DNA of 64,000 nt from Octopus sinensis (taxonomy: Eukaryota): positions 1 through 64,000 of the forward strand of contig NW_021833230.1 of assembly GCF_006345805.1 (NCBI RefSeq), given 5' to 3'. Below are positions 15,495-31,442 of this stretch, one piece after another. A model generated the notes under the pieces. The model ran no database searches and had not been told where the DNA came from. It worked only from the letters and a program-made list of their open reading frames with translations. The translations under genes and the position numbers were made by a program. Every line of letters starts with the position of its first letter. Position 1 is the first letter of the stretch.

Positions 15495-16289
15495 TGATGA
15501 TAATAATAATAATAATAATAACAACAACGACATCATTATCAACAACAACAACAACAACAACAACAACACAACAACAACAACACAACAACAGCAACAACAA
15601 CAATAATGACGACGATAATTATAATTTTGATAACAATGATACTATGATAATAATAATAATTGTCTTTTGTTTCTCCCACTTCGAAATTTTTTTGTTTCGT
15701 TAATTATTTCTATTTTTAGTGCGTTGTTTTTGTGACTTCATCAACTTCTCTGTTACGGAGTGGCTGCTTGTATAAAAAACATGGAGAGAATGGTTTTGTT
15801 TTGTTAATACATAATAACATCACCTCTCCCACAAACCTGACCACCGTGTCGACAATAGCACAAATCAGCTATTGAGAAATATAATTACAGAAAAATAGAA
15901 TTACTAACAAATAAATAAATAAATAAATGCATAAAATGGACTCTTGAAATAATAGCAATATCAGCAGCTAATAATGAAGAAATGACAAAAAAAAAAAAAA
16001 AAATTATCATAACCATCATAATCATCTTAAATCATTGTCATTAACAGTATTGTAGTCATCCACTTCTTCCGCCCCTCCGTCTCCTCCCTTCCTCCTCCTC
16101 TTCCTCACCATCATAGTCATTATCCTCACTCAACATTGTCATCATCCTCTTCCATCATCATCATCATCACCATCGTCGTAGTGTCGTTATCATCATCATC
16201 ATCATCATCATCATCGTCATAAGCAGCAGCAGCTCGTGCAGCAACAATATCTTCGTTATGCTTAATCTTCATCAAAAATCATCATCACA

Positions 16290-19200
16290 GGTGATTAGCA
16301 CCACCGCCGCCGCCGCCAACACCAGCACCAGCACCAGCACCACCAGCACCACCACCAGCACCACCAGCACCACCACCAGCACCACCAGCACCAGCACCAG
16401 CACCACCAGCACCACCACCAGCACCACCAGCACCAGCACCAGCACCACCACACCACCACCAACCACCACCACAGAGCCACCAAACCAGCACCACCCACCA
16501 CAACCACCACCAGCCACCAGCACCACCACCACACACCAGCACCACACCAGCACCACCAGCCACCACCAGCACCACCAGCACCAGCACCAGCACCACCAGC
16601 ACCACCACCAGCACCACCAGCACCAGCACCAGCACCACACACCACCACCAGCACCACCCAGCACCACCACCAGCACCACCAGCACCACCACCACACACCA
16701 CCACCAGCACCAGCACCACCATCCACCATCACCAGACCCCAGCACCACCACCAGCACCACCAGCACCACCCACCACCATCACCAGCACCAGCACCACCAG
16801 CAACCACCACAGCCACCACCAGCACCAGCACCAGCACCACCACCACCACCCCCACACCACCAGCACCAGCACCATCACCACCAGCACCACCACCAGCACC
16901 ACCATCACACCACCACCAGCACCACACCACCACCACCAGCACCACCATCACCAGCACCAGCACCACCAGCACCACCAACCAGCACCACCAGCACCACCAC
17001 CAGCACCACCAGCACCAGCACCATCACCACCATCACCATCACCATCACCACCACCACCACCACCAGCACACCACCATCACCATCACCAGCACCACCAGCA
17101 CCACCACCATCCACCATCACCAGCACCAGCACCACCAGCACCAGCACCAAGCACCACCACCATCACCACCACCAGCCCACACCATCACCACCATCACCAC
17201 CACCACCACCATCACCACCACACCATCACCACCACCACATCACCACCATCACCACCACCACCACCATCACCACCATCACCAGCACCAGCACCACCACACC
17301 AGCACCACACCACCACCATCACCACCCCACCACCACCATCCCACCACCACCACACCACCACACCATCACCACCACCATCACATCACCATCACCACCACCA
17401 TCACCACCAGCACCACACCATCACCACACCACCACCACCAGCACCACCACCATCACCAGCACCACCCATCCCATCACCAGCACCACCATCAACCACCACC
17501 ATCACCATCACCAGCACCACCACACCACCACCATCACCATCACCACCATCACCAGCACCACACATCACCACCATCACCACCACCACCACCATCACCACCA
17601 TCACCACCACCATCAGCCCCCATCACCACCACCATCACCACCACACCACCACCAGCACCACCACACCACCACCAACCATCACCACCAGCACCATCAACAT
17701 CACCACCAGCACCACCACCATCACCACCATCACCACCATCACCACACCAGCACCACCACCACCACACCAGCACACACCACCATCACCATCACCACCACCA
17801 CCATCACCATCACCACCATCACACCACCAGCACCAGCACCACTCACCACCATCACCACCACCATCACCATCACCACCAGCACCATCACCACCACCATCAC
17901 CACCAGCACCACCACCAGCACCATCACCACCATCACCATCACCAGCACCACCATCACACCATCAATCACCACCACCATCACCACCATCACCATCACCACA
18001 CCACCAGCACCACCACCATCACCACCATCACCACACCATCACCACCAGCACCACCACCACACCACCATCACCACACCATCACCACCAGCACCATCACCAT
18101 CACCACCACCACCACCACCAGCACCACCATCACCACACCATCACCACCATCACCACCACCATCACCACCATCACCAGCACCACCACACCACCACACCATC
18201 ACCTCACCACCATCACACCACCACACCATCACATCACCACCATCACCACCACCATCACCACCACCACCACCACCATCACCACCACCATCACCACCATCAC
18301 CACCACCAGCACCACAACCACCATCACCAATCAGCCCATCACCACCATCACCAGCACCATCACCACCAGCACCACCACCATCACCACACCATCACCACCA
18401 GCACCACCACCATCACACACCACACCACCACCATCACCAGCACCACACCACCATCACCACCATCATCACCACCACCCTCACCACCAGCACCACCACCATC
18501 ACCATCACCACCATCACCATCACCATCACCATCACCAACCAGCACCACCACCAGCACACCACCACCATCACCATCACCAGTCACCACCACCACCAGCACC
18601 ACCATCATCACACCACCATCACCAGCACATCACCACCACCACCACCACCATCACCACCACCACACCACCAGCACAGCACACCATCACCCACCACCATCAC
18701 CACCATCACACCACCACCAGCACCACCACACCACCACCATCACCAGCACCACCATCACCATCACCACACCATCACCACATCACCACCACCATCACCACAC
18801 CATCACCACCACACCAGCACCACACCACCAGCCCACCATCATCACACACCAGCAACCAGCCACCACCAGCACCACCACCATCACCACCACCAGCACCACC
18901 ATCACCATCACCATCACCACCTCATCACCACCATCAGCACCACACCATCACCACCATCACCACCACCATCACCATCACCACATCACCATCACCACACCAC
19001 CAGCACCACCACCATCACCACCACCATCACCACCAGCACCACCACCAGCACCATCACCACACCACCTCACCACCACCATCACCACCACCATCACCACCAT
19101 CACCAGCACCACCAGCACCACCACCATCACCACCATCACACCACCATCACCCACCACCATCACCACCAGCACCATCACCATCACCACCATCACCACCATC

Positions 19201-22200
19201 ACACACCACCAGCACCACCATCACCACCACCACCTCACCATCACCACCACCAGCACCACCACACCATCACCATCACCACCAGCACCAGCACCACCACCAC
19301 ACCACACACCACCACCATCACCACCTCACCATCACCATCACCACCATCACCATCACCAGCACCATCACACCAACCACACATCACCAGCACCACCATCAAC
19401 ACCAGCACCACACCATCACACCACCATCACCACCACCACCACCACACCACCACCATCACCACCACCATCACCACCATCACACCATCACCATCACCATCAC
19501 CACCATCACCATCACCATCACCACCACCCACCACCAGCCAACCACCATCACCACCACCATCACCACCCAACCATCACCACACCACCATCACCATCACCAT
19601 CACCACCGCACCATCACCAGCACCACCATCACCACCACCATCACCACATCACCACCACCAGCACCAATCATACACCACATCACCACCATCACCACCACCA
19701 GCACCACCACAGCACCACCATCCCAATCACCATCACCATCACCATCACCATCACCATCAATCCCATCACCACCATCAACCACCATCACCATCACACAACC
19801 ATCACCACCATCACACCACCACCACCAGCACCAGCACCATCACCATCACCACCATCACCACATCCCCACCAGCACCACCACCATCACCACCATCACCATC
19901 AACCAGCACCATCACCACCAGCACCATCACCATCACCACCATCAACCACCATCACCACCATCACACACCACCAGCACCACACCACCATCCCATCAACCAC
20001 CAGCACCATCACCATCACCACCATCACCATCACCATCACCCCACCACACCACCACCATCACCACATCACCATCACCATCACCATCACCACCATCACCATC
20101 ACCATCACCATCACCATCACCACGCACCACCACCAGCACCATCACCATCACCAGCACCACCAGCACCAGCACCATCACCACCACACCACCACCACACCAC
20201 CATCACCACCACCATCACCACCACACCACACCAGCACCACCATCAACCATCACCATCCCCATCACCACCACCAGCACCAACCCAGCCCCCTCACCACACC
20301 ACCACCACCACCATCACCTGCACCACCACACCACCACCAGCACCACCATCACCATCACCATCACCAGCACCAGCACCACCACCCACCATCAACAGCACCA
20401 TCACCAGCACCAGCACCACACCACACCACCACCACGCACACCATCACCACCAGCACCACCACCAGCACCACCATCACCACCACCAGCACCACCAGCACCA
20501 CCACCAGCACCACATCACCAGCACCAGCACCACCACACCAGCACCATCACCACCACACCACCACCAGCACCAGCACCATCACCACCAGCACCACCCAGCA
20601 CCACCACCAGCACCACCATCACCAGCACCACACCACCAGCACCACCACTCAGCACCACCACCAGCACCACCATCACCCACCAGCACCAGCACCACCAGCA
20701 CCACTCACCACCACCACCACCATCACCACCACCACACCACCACCAGCACCACCAGCACCATCACCAGCACCACCAGCACCACCATCAGCACCACCACCAG
20801 CACCAGCACCACCACACCACCAGCACCACCACCAGCACCACCAGCACCAGCACCAGCACCACCAGCACCACCATCATCACACCACCATCACACCACCACC
20901 ACCACCAGCACCAGCACCACAGCACCATCACCACACCAGCACCACCATCACCACCACCACACACCACCACCACCAGCACCACCATCCCCAGCACCAGCCA
21001 CCACCAGCCCACCATCATCACACACCACCACCAGCACCACCATCACCCACCACCAGCACCACCACCCCACCACCAGCACCAGCACCAGCACCACCATCAC
21101 CACCATCAGCACCACCACCAGCACACCACCAGCACCACCACCATCACCAGCACCACCAGCACCATCACCAGCACCACCAGCACCACCACCAGCACACCAC
21201 CACCACATCACCACCAGCACCACCACCAGCACCAGCACCAGCACCACCAGCCCACACCACACCACCACCAGCACCACCATCACAGCACCACCAGCACCAC
21301 CACCACACCACCACACCACATCAGCACCAACCACCACCACCAGCACCAGCACCACACCACCAGCACCACCATCAGCACCACCACCAGCACCACCAGCACC
21401 ACCACACCAGCACCATCACCAGCACCATCAACCACCATCACCAGCACCATCACACCATCACCAGCACCACCACCAGCACCCCACACCACCACCAGCACCA
21501 CCAGCACCAGCACCAGCACCACCAGCACCACACCACCAGCCACCAGCACCACCACCACCATCACCAGCACCACCAGCACCACCAGCACCACCATCAGCAC
21601 CACCACCACCACCATCACCACCACCAGCACCACCATCACCACCACCAGCACCACCACACCATCACCACACCACCAGCACCATCACCAGCACCACCACCAC
21701 CACCACCAGCACCACCACACCACCACCATCACCACCATCACCATCACCAGCACACAGCACCACACCATCACCAGCACCATCACCACACCACCATCACCAC
21801 CACCACACCACCAGCACCACCACCATCACCACCAGCACCACACCAGCACCACCAGCACATCCCACCAGCACCACCACCCACCAGCCACCACCAGCACCAC
21901 CACTCACCATCACCAGCACCATCACCAGCACCATCACACACCATCAGCCACCATCACCACCCAGCACCAGCACCAGCACCTCCCACACCACCATCACCAC
22001 ACCAGCACCACCATCACCATCACCACACCAGCACCACCACCACCAGCACCACCATCCCACCACCACCATCAGACCACCATCACCAGCACCAGCACCATCA
22101 CCACCATCACCAGCACCAGCACCACCAGCACCACCAGCACCACCATCAGCACCACACCACCATCACCACCAGCACCATCACCATCACCACCATCACCATC

Positions 22201-23130
22201 ACCAGCACCATCACCAGCACCATCACCAGCACCAGCACCACCAGCACCACCAGCACCAGCACCAGCACCATCAACCACCAGCACCACCACCAGCACCACC
22301 AGCACCAGCACCACACCATCACCACCACCACCACCACCAGCACCACCACAGCACCACCACCAGCACCACCCCAGCCACCATCACCACCACCACCACCACC
22401 AACACCAGCACCACCACCAAGCACCACCAGCAACATCACCAGCACCATCACCAGCACCATCACCAGCCACCAGCACACCAGCACCACCAGCACCAGCACC
22501 AGCACCAGCACACCAGCACCACCCACCACCCAGCACCAACCACACGCACCAGCCACCAGCACCACCAGAACAACCAGCACCACCAGCACCACCACCAGCC
22601 ACCAGCACCATCACCAGCACCATCAACCGCACCACACAGCACCAGCACCAGCACACCACCAGCACCAGCACCAAGCACCAGCACCAACACCACCAGCACC
22701 ACAACAGCACCACCACCAGCACCAGCACCAGCACCCCCAGCACCACCACAGCCACCACCAGCACCACCACCAGCACCACCAGCAAACCATCACAGCACCA
22801 TCACCAGCACATCACCAGCACCAGCACCACCAGCACCACCAGCACCAGCACCAGCACCAGCACCACCACCACCAGCACCACCATCACCACCAGCACCAGC
22901 ACCACCACCACCAGCACCACCAGCAGCACCAGCACCAGCACCACCACCACCACCACCAGCACCACCACCAGCACCAGCACCAGCACCAGCACCACCACCA
23001 CCAGCACCACCAGCAGCACCAGCACCAGCACCACCACCACCACCACCAGCACCACCACCACCACCACCACCAGCACCACCAGCACCACCAACACCACCAC
23101 CGCCACCAGCAGCAGCTCTATCACCATCAC
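16290..23130. repeat. Giant compound trinucleotide array (CAC/CAG/CAT)n with CA slips
   Basis: The + strand is almost only C and A, with G in CAG and T in CAT. T is almost always followed by C, so stops cannot form, which explains the 2314-aa ORF 16258-23202. The translation switches between Thr/Ser/Ile, His/Gln and Pro/Ala blocks at each slip. Confidence 0.95.
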
Positions 23131-23765
23131 CAGCGTCATCATTCTTCTCTTCTTCCTCTCCTGTTCTTCCCCTCCTCCTGCTCCTCGTGGTCATCATCAT
23201 GATCATCATGATCATGATCATGATCATCATCATCCGTAGAGGTATCATCATTGCCGAGGTCATTGCCTTCATCATGATCATTATTAAAATCCACATGGAA
23301 ACCATCGTCGACATCGTCGTCATCATCGTCAATCATTATTGCCACCCAGCATCTCCAAACCCAACGCCACCGTCCTCCTCCTCCGCATGATGATGATGAT
23401 GATAATCATCATTATCATCATCATCATCATCACCATCACCATCGTTATAATTCTCTTCATCATATTCGTATCATCTTTGAAGAGAACACTTATTAAAGTC
23501 GATTCGAAAGTCGCTGTCCCTAGGTACGACGTCGTGGTGGTCACGGATGGAGTATCTTTGATTATTATAGTTCTGCTTATTCAGTGTAAAGCTGGCCAGC
23601 AGTTTTAATAACACTAACAGCAAGAATAAGAATGACGGCTTCAATGAGGACTACAAAAAATTATGCAATGGTCACTATTAGATTGCCCTTTGCTCGTAAG
23701 TTCGCTTAGTCGAAGCTGATCGGACCTAGGGTGAAGTATTAACTACGTCAACAATAGGCACGGGT

Positions 23766-23846
<81 letters not shown>

Positions 23847-24054
23847 TCTCCACTGCCACTTGACGCCCGGTAATGGTGTGTACATCTCCGTAAGTTAGCA
23901 GGGTGGAAAAAAAACTTAGTTAAACACAGCGGCAGCAACAAAGGAGTCTTCAACATGGCCACTCGAACTACTAGAAATAGGAGCTAAAGCCAAGCCATAA
24001 TATCTTGGGAAAGGAAAGAGTACTATGTATAGTGTGTTCGTACATTTGTTTTTC

Positions 24055-24400
24055 TTCAAAGGCCAGCTTCCAATTTACACGGTTAAGGAAAGTCCTCGTG
24101 CCAAGATTCCGAAACGACACAATTGAGACGACAGCGGGCATCAACAGGATCAGTAACGAAAGAAGACGCTGACGCTGGGACTGGATCAGACACATCCTCA
24201 GATAAGATTAAGAAAGCGATTGTATGGTGGCACTAAAGTGGAAACCTGAGGGGGGGGGGTGAGCAACAGGGCGCCCTAAAACCACATAGCGAAGGACCAT
24301 TGACAAGAGAAGGAGACGGGAAGCTGGAAAAGCAGAAGGTGGAATGAGAGCAGAACAGTGACAGAAAACAGGGCTGGTTGGAGAGATCGTCTTGCGACCT
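24055..24400 (+). mobile_element. RTE-clade LINE 3' fragment
   Basis: KASFQFTRLRKV...RR*RWDWIRHILR..CMVALKWKPEG..GRPKTT*RRT matches the RTE/BovB-type C-terminus (RRWRWIGHILR..ALxWxPxGKRxRGRPKTTW). Confidence 0.75.
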
Positions 24401-24539
24401 AATATTTTAGATGGTTCGGAGAGAAATAACTAACCCCGAGGTGCCTGGCAGTGGTGTTAATGGTGTGAAAAACCCGAATGCTTGCAACAGAGTAGATTTC
24501 ACTGAAGGTACCCCGAAGTCTGTTGCAGTTTCTGTAACG

Positions 24540-24800
24540 CAGACGCTGGAAATGGATCGCCATGTCCTCAGACAACATCAAGAAAGCGATTGTACGGTGG
24601 CACTAACGTGGAAGCCTGTGAGGGAAAGAGCAGCAAGGAGCCCAGAAAATCACATGTCGAAGAACAAATATTGATAAGGAAAGGAGACGAGAAGGGTGGT
24701 CAAGCTGGGATGACACCAGAACAGTGGCAGAAAAACAGCTGGTTGAATAGATCGTGTTGCAGCCTTTTGTGTCCCTTGGCACGGAGTGAGCTAACTAACT
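24540..24800 (+). mobile_element. Second RTE-clade LINE 3' fragment with (CTAA)n-like tail
   Basis: RRWKW..HVLRQHQESDCTVALTWKPV, paralogous to the 24180-24300 segment. Followed by CTAACTAACTAAC. Confidence 0.7.
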
Positions 24801-25133
24801 AACAAACAAACTAACTAACGGACCGACTGACCAACCGACTCACTCACTCACTCACTAACCAAATAACCAACTAGCTAATTCGTACATACTTTCAGAAAGG
24901 TGAGATGGTCATGGCTAGAATGCTTTCGAACGTACATCTGCTCTGCCAGTATAGAGTTAGGTGGTCTCTAAACAACAAAAATATTAAAAGCGCAACAATA
25001 AGCCCGTGATGGAGTCTCCAGGTGATCACGTGGATTGTTAGAAAATAACAACGAAATCCCCTCAGTTTACGCCTGATTGTCTTCGAAGACAGGCGATACA
25101 TTGACCTAGGTAGTCTTAGATATAGAGGAAAAG

Positions 25134-25716
25134 GTGGCGAGCTGGCAGAATCGTTAGCACGCCGGGTGAAATACTGCCGCTACGTTCTGAGTTCCAATTC
25201 CGCCGAGGCCGACTTTGCCTTTCATCCTTTCGGGGTCAATTAAATAAGTATCAGTTACGCACTGGGGTCGATATAATCGACTTAATCCGTTTGCCTGTCC
25301 TTGTTTGTCCCCTCTGTGTTTAGCCCCTTGTGGGCATTAAAGAAATAGGTATTTCGTCTGCCTCTACGTTCTGAGTTCAAATTCCGCCGAGGCCGACTTT
25401 GCCTTTCATCCTTTCGGGGTCAATTAAATAAGTATCAGTTACGCACTGGGGTCGATATAATCGACTTAATCCGTTTGTCTGTCCTTGTTTGTCCCCTCTG
25501 TGTTTAGCCCCTTGTGGGCATTAAAGAAATAGGTATTTCGTCTGCCTCTACGTTCTGAGTTGAAATTCCGCCGAGGTCAACTTTGCCTTTCATCCTTTCT
25601 GGGTCGATAAATTAAGTACCAGTTATGCACTGAGATCGATATAATCGACTTAATCCGTTTGTCTGTCCTTGTTTGTCTCCTCTATGTTTAGCCCCTTGTG
25701 GGCATTAAAGAAATAA
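25134..25716 (+). mobile_element. SINE family 1 tandem trimer (one head, three A-tailed ~184-bp units)
   Basis: Junction AGAAATAGGTATTTCG at 25341 and 25525 (period 184). Confidence 0.92.
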
Positions 25717-25855
25717 GATATAGAGAAAAAACTTGGATGGTCATAATTGGAACGCTTTGAATAGTATGACTGCTCGGTTAGAGCTAAATTGAGGTTAAAC
25801 TACAGCTGGAACATCGGTAGCGTTGTTGATGCTTTGAGTGTTGTTGTGGTAGGCA

Positions 25856-25888
<33 letters not shown>

Positions 25889-26219
25889 TTGATGACGATT
25901 ATGATAATGATGATGGTGTTCATAATGGTATTGGCGGTGATGGTTAAGTTCAAGATAATGAAGATAATGAGAATGTTGATGACAGGATAATAAAGTTGAA
26001 GATAATGATGATTGATGCTGCTGTTGCTGCTGCTGCTGTTGCTGCTGCTGCTGTTGCTGCTGCTGGTGATGATGATGGTGATGGCAATTGTGCCGACTTC
26101 GCCGATAAGACGACAACGACGATGAGGATGATGAAGTTGGTCTTCATATTGGTATTGTTGCTGACGATCCGATTGATGATAATGAAGATAATGAGAATTT
26201 TGATGATGAAATAAACAGG

Positions 26220-26258
26220 ATGTTGTTATTATGGTTCTTGTTGTTGATGATAATGATA

Positions 26259-26297
<39 letters not shown>

Positions 26298-26338
26298 GCG
26301 ACGATAATGATGTTGGTGATGATGATGATGATGATGAC

Positions 26339-26416
<78 letters not shown>

Positions 26417-26421
26417 AATGC

Positions 26422-26475
<54 letters not shown>

Positions 26476-26483
26476 CGACGATA

Positions 26484-26518
<35 letters not shown>

Positions 26519-26523
26519 AATGC

Positions 26524-26574
<51 letters not shown>

Positions 26575-26720
26575 CGACGATAATGATGATGGTGGTGATG
26601 AGGATAATGATGACAGTGGTGGTGGTGGTGGTGGGTGGGGATAAAGATGATGATGATGATGATGATGTTGGTGATGGTGATGATGATGATGATGATGATG
26701 ACGACGACAAACGACGGCGA
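26220..26720. repeat. (GAT)n compound microsatellite with ~100-bp higher-order duplication
   Basis: AATGCT at 26417 and 26519; GACGACGATAAT at 26474 and 26573. Confidence 0.9.
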
Positions 26721-27229
26721 TGATGGCTGCAGTATTGTTGGCGGGTGGGTATTAACGGAATTTGACTATTTGTCAAAATTCCGGATATGGATTTTTTAAT
26801 TTCTTTATTTCTTTATTGTTGTTTTTCACTTTGTATACGACACACTGTTAACCCCATACGTGTACTTTAGTAACGTACGCGAGTATGTGTGCGTTTGGGT
26901 AAGTGCGTGTGCGCGTCCGATATGGCTCTCTTGATATTTTCTTCACACAAGCCTATGAAACTCATCCGGCTTTCCAGCTCCTATCTCATATTCATCGCCG
27001 AAGCACTCACCTCTTACATATTAATTATACTTAAGAGAATACCTTGGATATTTCACTTTTTCTTCATTTACAGCGTGAAACTAATATGAAAACTATGCAT
27101 TTCCGTTTCTCGTTGGCTTGTGTTATCCTAAGGTGATACTACCTACGAAAATTTTGCACCGCACAAATTGTTGAATTATGATCACGTGGTTGTTAGATCA
27201 GAACCGAAATGGAGTTAACAAGAACAAGA

Positions 27230-27318
<89 letters not shown>

Positions 27319-27320
<2 letters not shown>

Positions 27321-27550
27321 ATTTCTTTACTACCCACAAGGGGCTAAACACAGAGGGGACAAACAAGGACAGACAAACGGATTAAGTCGATTACATCGAC
27401 CCCAGTGCGTAACTGGTACTTAATTTATCGACCCCGAAAGGATGAAAGGTAAAGTCGACCTCGGCGGAATTTGAACTCAGAACGTAACGGCAGACGAAAT
27501 ACAGCTACGCATTTCGCCCGGGGTGCTAACGTTTCTGCCAGCTCGCCGCC
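27319..27550 (-). mobile_element. SINE family 1, tail type A, within (TAC)n
   Basis: Full-length reverse complement, with (TAC)n tracts on both sides. Confidence 0.9.
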
Positions 27551-27555
27551 GTTAT

Positions 27556-27613
<58 letters not shown>

Positions 27614-27729
27614 GATTACAACGGCTCTGCATTCAGTTCTTCGGGGACGATGAAATAATTAAAAGTCAAATAACGAGGTCGATATAATCAACATTACAAC
27701 AACCACCAAATATGTTTCCATATAATTTG

Positions 27730-28730
<1,001 letters not shown>

Positions 28731-28774
28731 TTGCTATCTTCAATAACCGTCGATAGTAGAATAATAAAATAAAT

Positions 28775-29026
28775 AAATGCGCCATTTTAAAGCCTAGCCA
28801 GGCTCATGGGCCCGGATTCCCAGTTTCAATGGCGTATGTATTCCCCAGCTGGACGGGACACCAGTCCATCGCAGCGTTACTCAATTTTGCCAGCTGAGTG
28901 AACTGGAGCAACGCGAAATGAAGTGTTTTGCTCATGAACCACAACGCGTCGCCCGGTCCAGGAATCGAAACCACAATCTTATGATCATGATGCTGACAGC
29001 CTAACCATTAAGCCACGCGCCTCCAC
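28775..29026 (-). mobile_element. tRNA-derived SINE family 3 with 12-bp target-site duplication
   Basis: Head GTGGAGGCGCGTGGCTTAATGGTTAGG..GGTTTCGATTCC, body GCGATGGACTGGTGTCCCGTCCAG, (TTTA)n tail. ATAGTAGAATAA is duplicated at 28753-28764 and 29027-29038. Confidence 0.85.
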
Positions 29027-29908
29027 ATAGTAGAATAACCTTGTGGTATTTCAGTTACTTCCCTTTATATCTTAGGTTCTTGAATTCCTCCACGTCCGAC
29101 TTTGTCGTTCTTTCTTTCCGGTATCGATAAAAAGAAAGCGTCTGAAAAATCCACTGTTCGTGATTTTACATGGCCGCTAAACCCGCAGAAAATAGCAACC
29201 TGACATGAAACCCTAACAAATAACTGAAAAGACACATTTGATAACGTAGTCTAGGTCACGCGGTCACGCTAACACACACACACACATACACACACATACA
29301 CACACATACACACACACACATACACACACACACATACACACACACACACATACACACACACACACGCACACACTCACTCATGCACACACGCACAAATCGA
29401 GATGCACACGGCTCGATTCGTTCAGGACTAAGTCTAGGGTTAACGGCAACAACTTCAACAAAACAAATAAATCTTAATTAAGGGCATAGCCCATATATAT
29501 TTGAAAGTCCATAAACCCCCTTTCTCCGACCTCTCCACGTTTGTGACCATGAGCCTATGCTAGAAATCATTCATATTCTGATACTATCTTGAGATCCTTA
29601 GGCTGGCTGTTATCTTCACCGTCTTTCTCTACTGTCCGAAGTCGTTTCTGACGGAAATAACTCTTTTCTCTCTCTGTCACTCCCGTCAGCGCAGTCTATG
29701 GAGCTTCCCCACGTAAACGTGAACGTGAATGCTTCATTTCTGATTTACATTCTGTTTTTATTGCGTTTCCATTGTAGTGGTCGTTCTTTGGCTTGCGTTC
29801 TGATGCAGAAAGAACTGCATCGGTACAGTAATGAAATATATAGTCTATCGGTGGCGCGAAGAAATGCGGGGAGGGATAGAGACAGCTAAAAGAGAAAGAG
29901 AGAGACAA

Positions 29909-29966
<58 letters not shown>

Positions 29967-30089
29967 GGGGGAAAGAAAGAGAGAAAGGAGAGAGAGAAAG
30001 GAGAGAGAGAAAGGAGAGAGAGAAAGGAGAGAAGGGGAATTGAAAAAAGAAAAAGTTTGAGAGAAACAGATGTTGGCAAGAAGAGAGCT

Positions 30090-30129
<40 letters not shown>

Positions 30130-30155
30130 AAAGGAGAGAGTGAGACGGGTGAGGA

Positions 30156-30211
<56 letters not shown>

Positions 30212-31246
30212 GGAGAAAGAAAGATTGAGTTGAAAGAAGAAAAGGAAGGCTAAAATTTTGAAGACTCCTTGAGACAGGGTAAATATTTAGTAATTTTTTT
30301 TATCACTTATTTCATTATTTTTCTTTCTTTTTTTTTCTTCAGCCTCGACGGTCTTTATAAAGCAACGCATCTGTCACCAGATAAAATAACCATAACGAAG
30401 AGTCATTATTCGATTCTATTTCACTCCTTCTAATGTCAGACTGGGTGGTGGCAACAGTAATCGGTGATGATAGCGGTGATGGTCGTGATTGTAATGGTGA
30501 TGGTAGTGGTGGTGGTGGTGGCAGTGGTGGATGTGATCTCGGTGATAGAGGCTTGCAGTCGTTACCAGTACGGAGAGTGATTGAATGAGTCGGGGAGTAA
30601 AAACAACACTAGATTCGTCAATGTGATAACTACATTGCCTTTTGCTTCAATCAGTATTATTACGAACTGCAATTCATGGCTTCTGTTCTGTTTTTAGACA
30701 GTTCTAGCATTCAGGCAACAGTAATACTAGATGGTAATTCCACGTTTGGTACATATAACAAGGCTGTTAACGTCTTCCGCTGCTCCACCCAATACAAATG
30801 TTATGGCTGCTGTTACAATTCACTTGATTTTTGTTGGTAGCTATCTACAGCTAACAGTAGGTCGAGAATAGTCATTTCCAAATATCCTATTGACCATAGC
30901 AGTCAATGGAAATTAGTACTTTATAAGTAATAAAAATGAAAGAAATATAAAACTATAAAAAATACAAAAACGAAACAAAACAATAGGAGCAGAAAAGTAT
31001 GAGTTTATAAAACATCACCGCTGCAGACAGAGAGAAAATAAAACATAAAAGTGTACAAAAGCCGTTCGTATAAACACAGATATGTCGGACGCAGAAAATT
31101 GGACACCTGAGAAATTAGGAGAGAACGTTAAGTGCAGACATACACAGACACACATACGCGTACATGTACATATGAGTGCGTTTGCGTATATATATATATA
31201 TATATATATATATAATGATAATAGTAAGGATCACTACGAAGTATAT

Positions 31247-31279
<33 letters not shown>

Positions 31280-31302
31280 TACATACATACATATATGCAT
31301 AC

Positions 31303-31333
<31 letters not shown>

Positions 31334-31398
31334 TGCATATATGTATATATATATATAATATATATATATATATAATATATATATATATAATATATATA

Positions 31399-31442
<44 letters not shown>

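Noticed and set aside
16258-23202. 2314-aa His/Thr/Pro-rich ORF as a real gene (mucin or His-rich structural protein)
   Set aside because: Stops are impossible given the composition, the triplet register drifts, and there is no signal peptide or unique domain.
25134-25716. CRISPR-like or retrozyme interpretation of the 184-bp tandem units
   Set aside because: Whole units are near-identical with no spacers, and neither strand has a CUGANGA/GAAA core.
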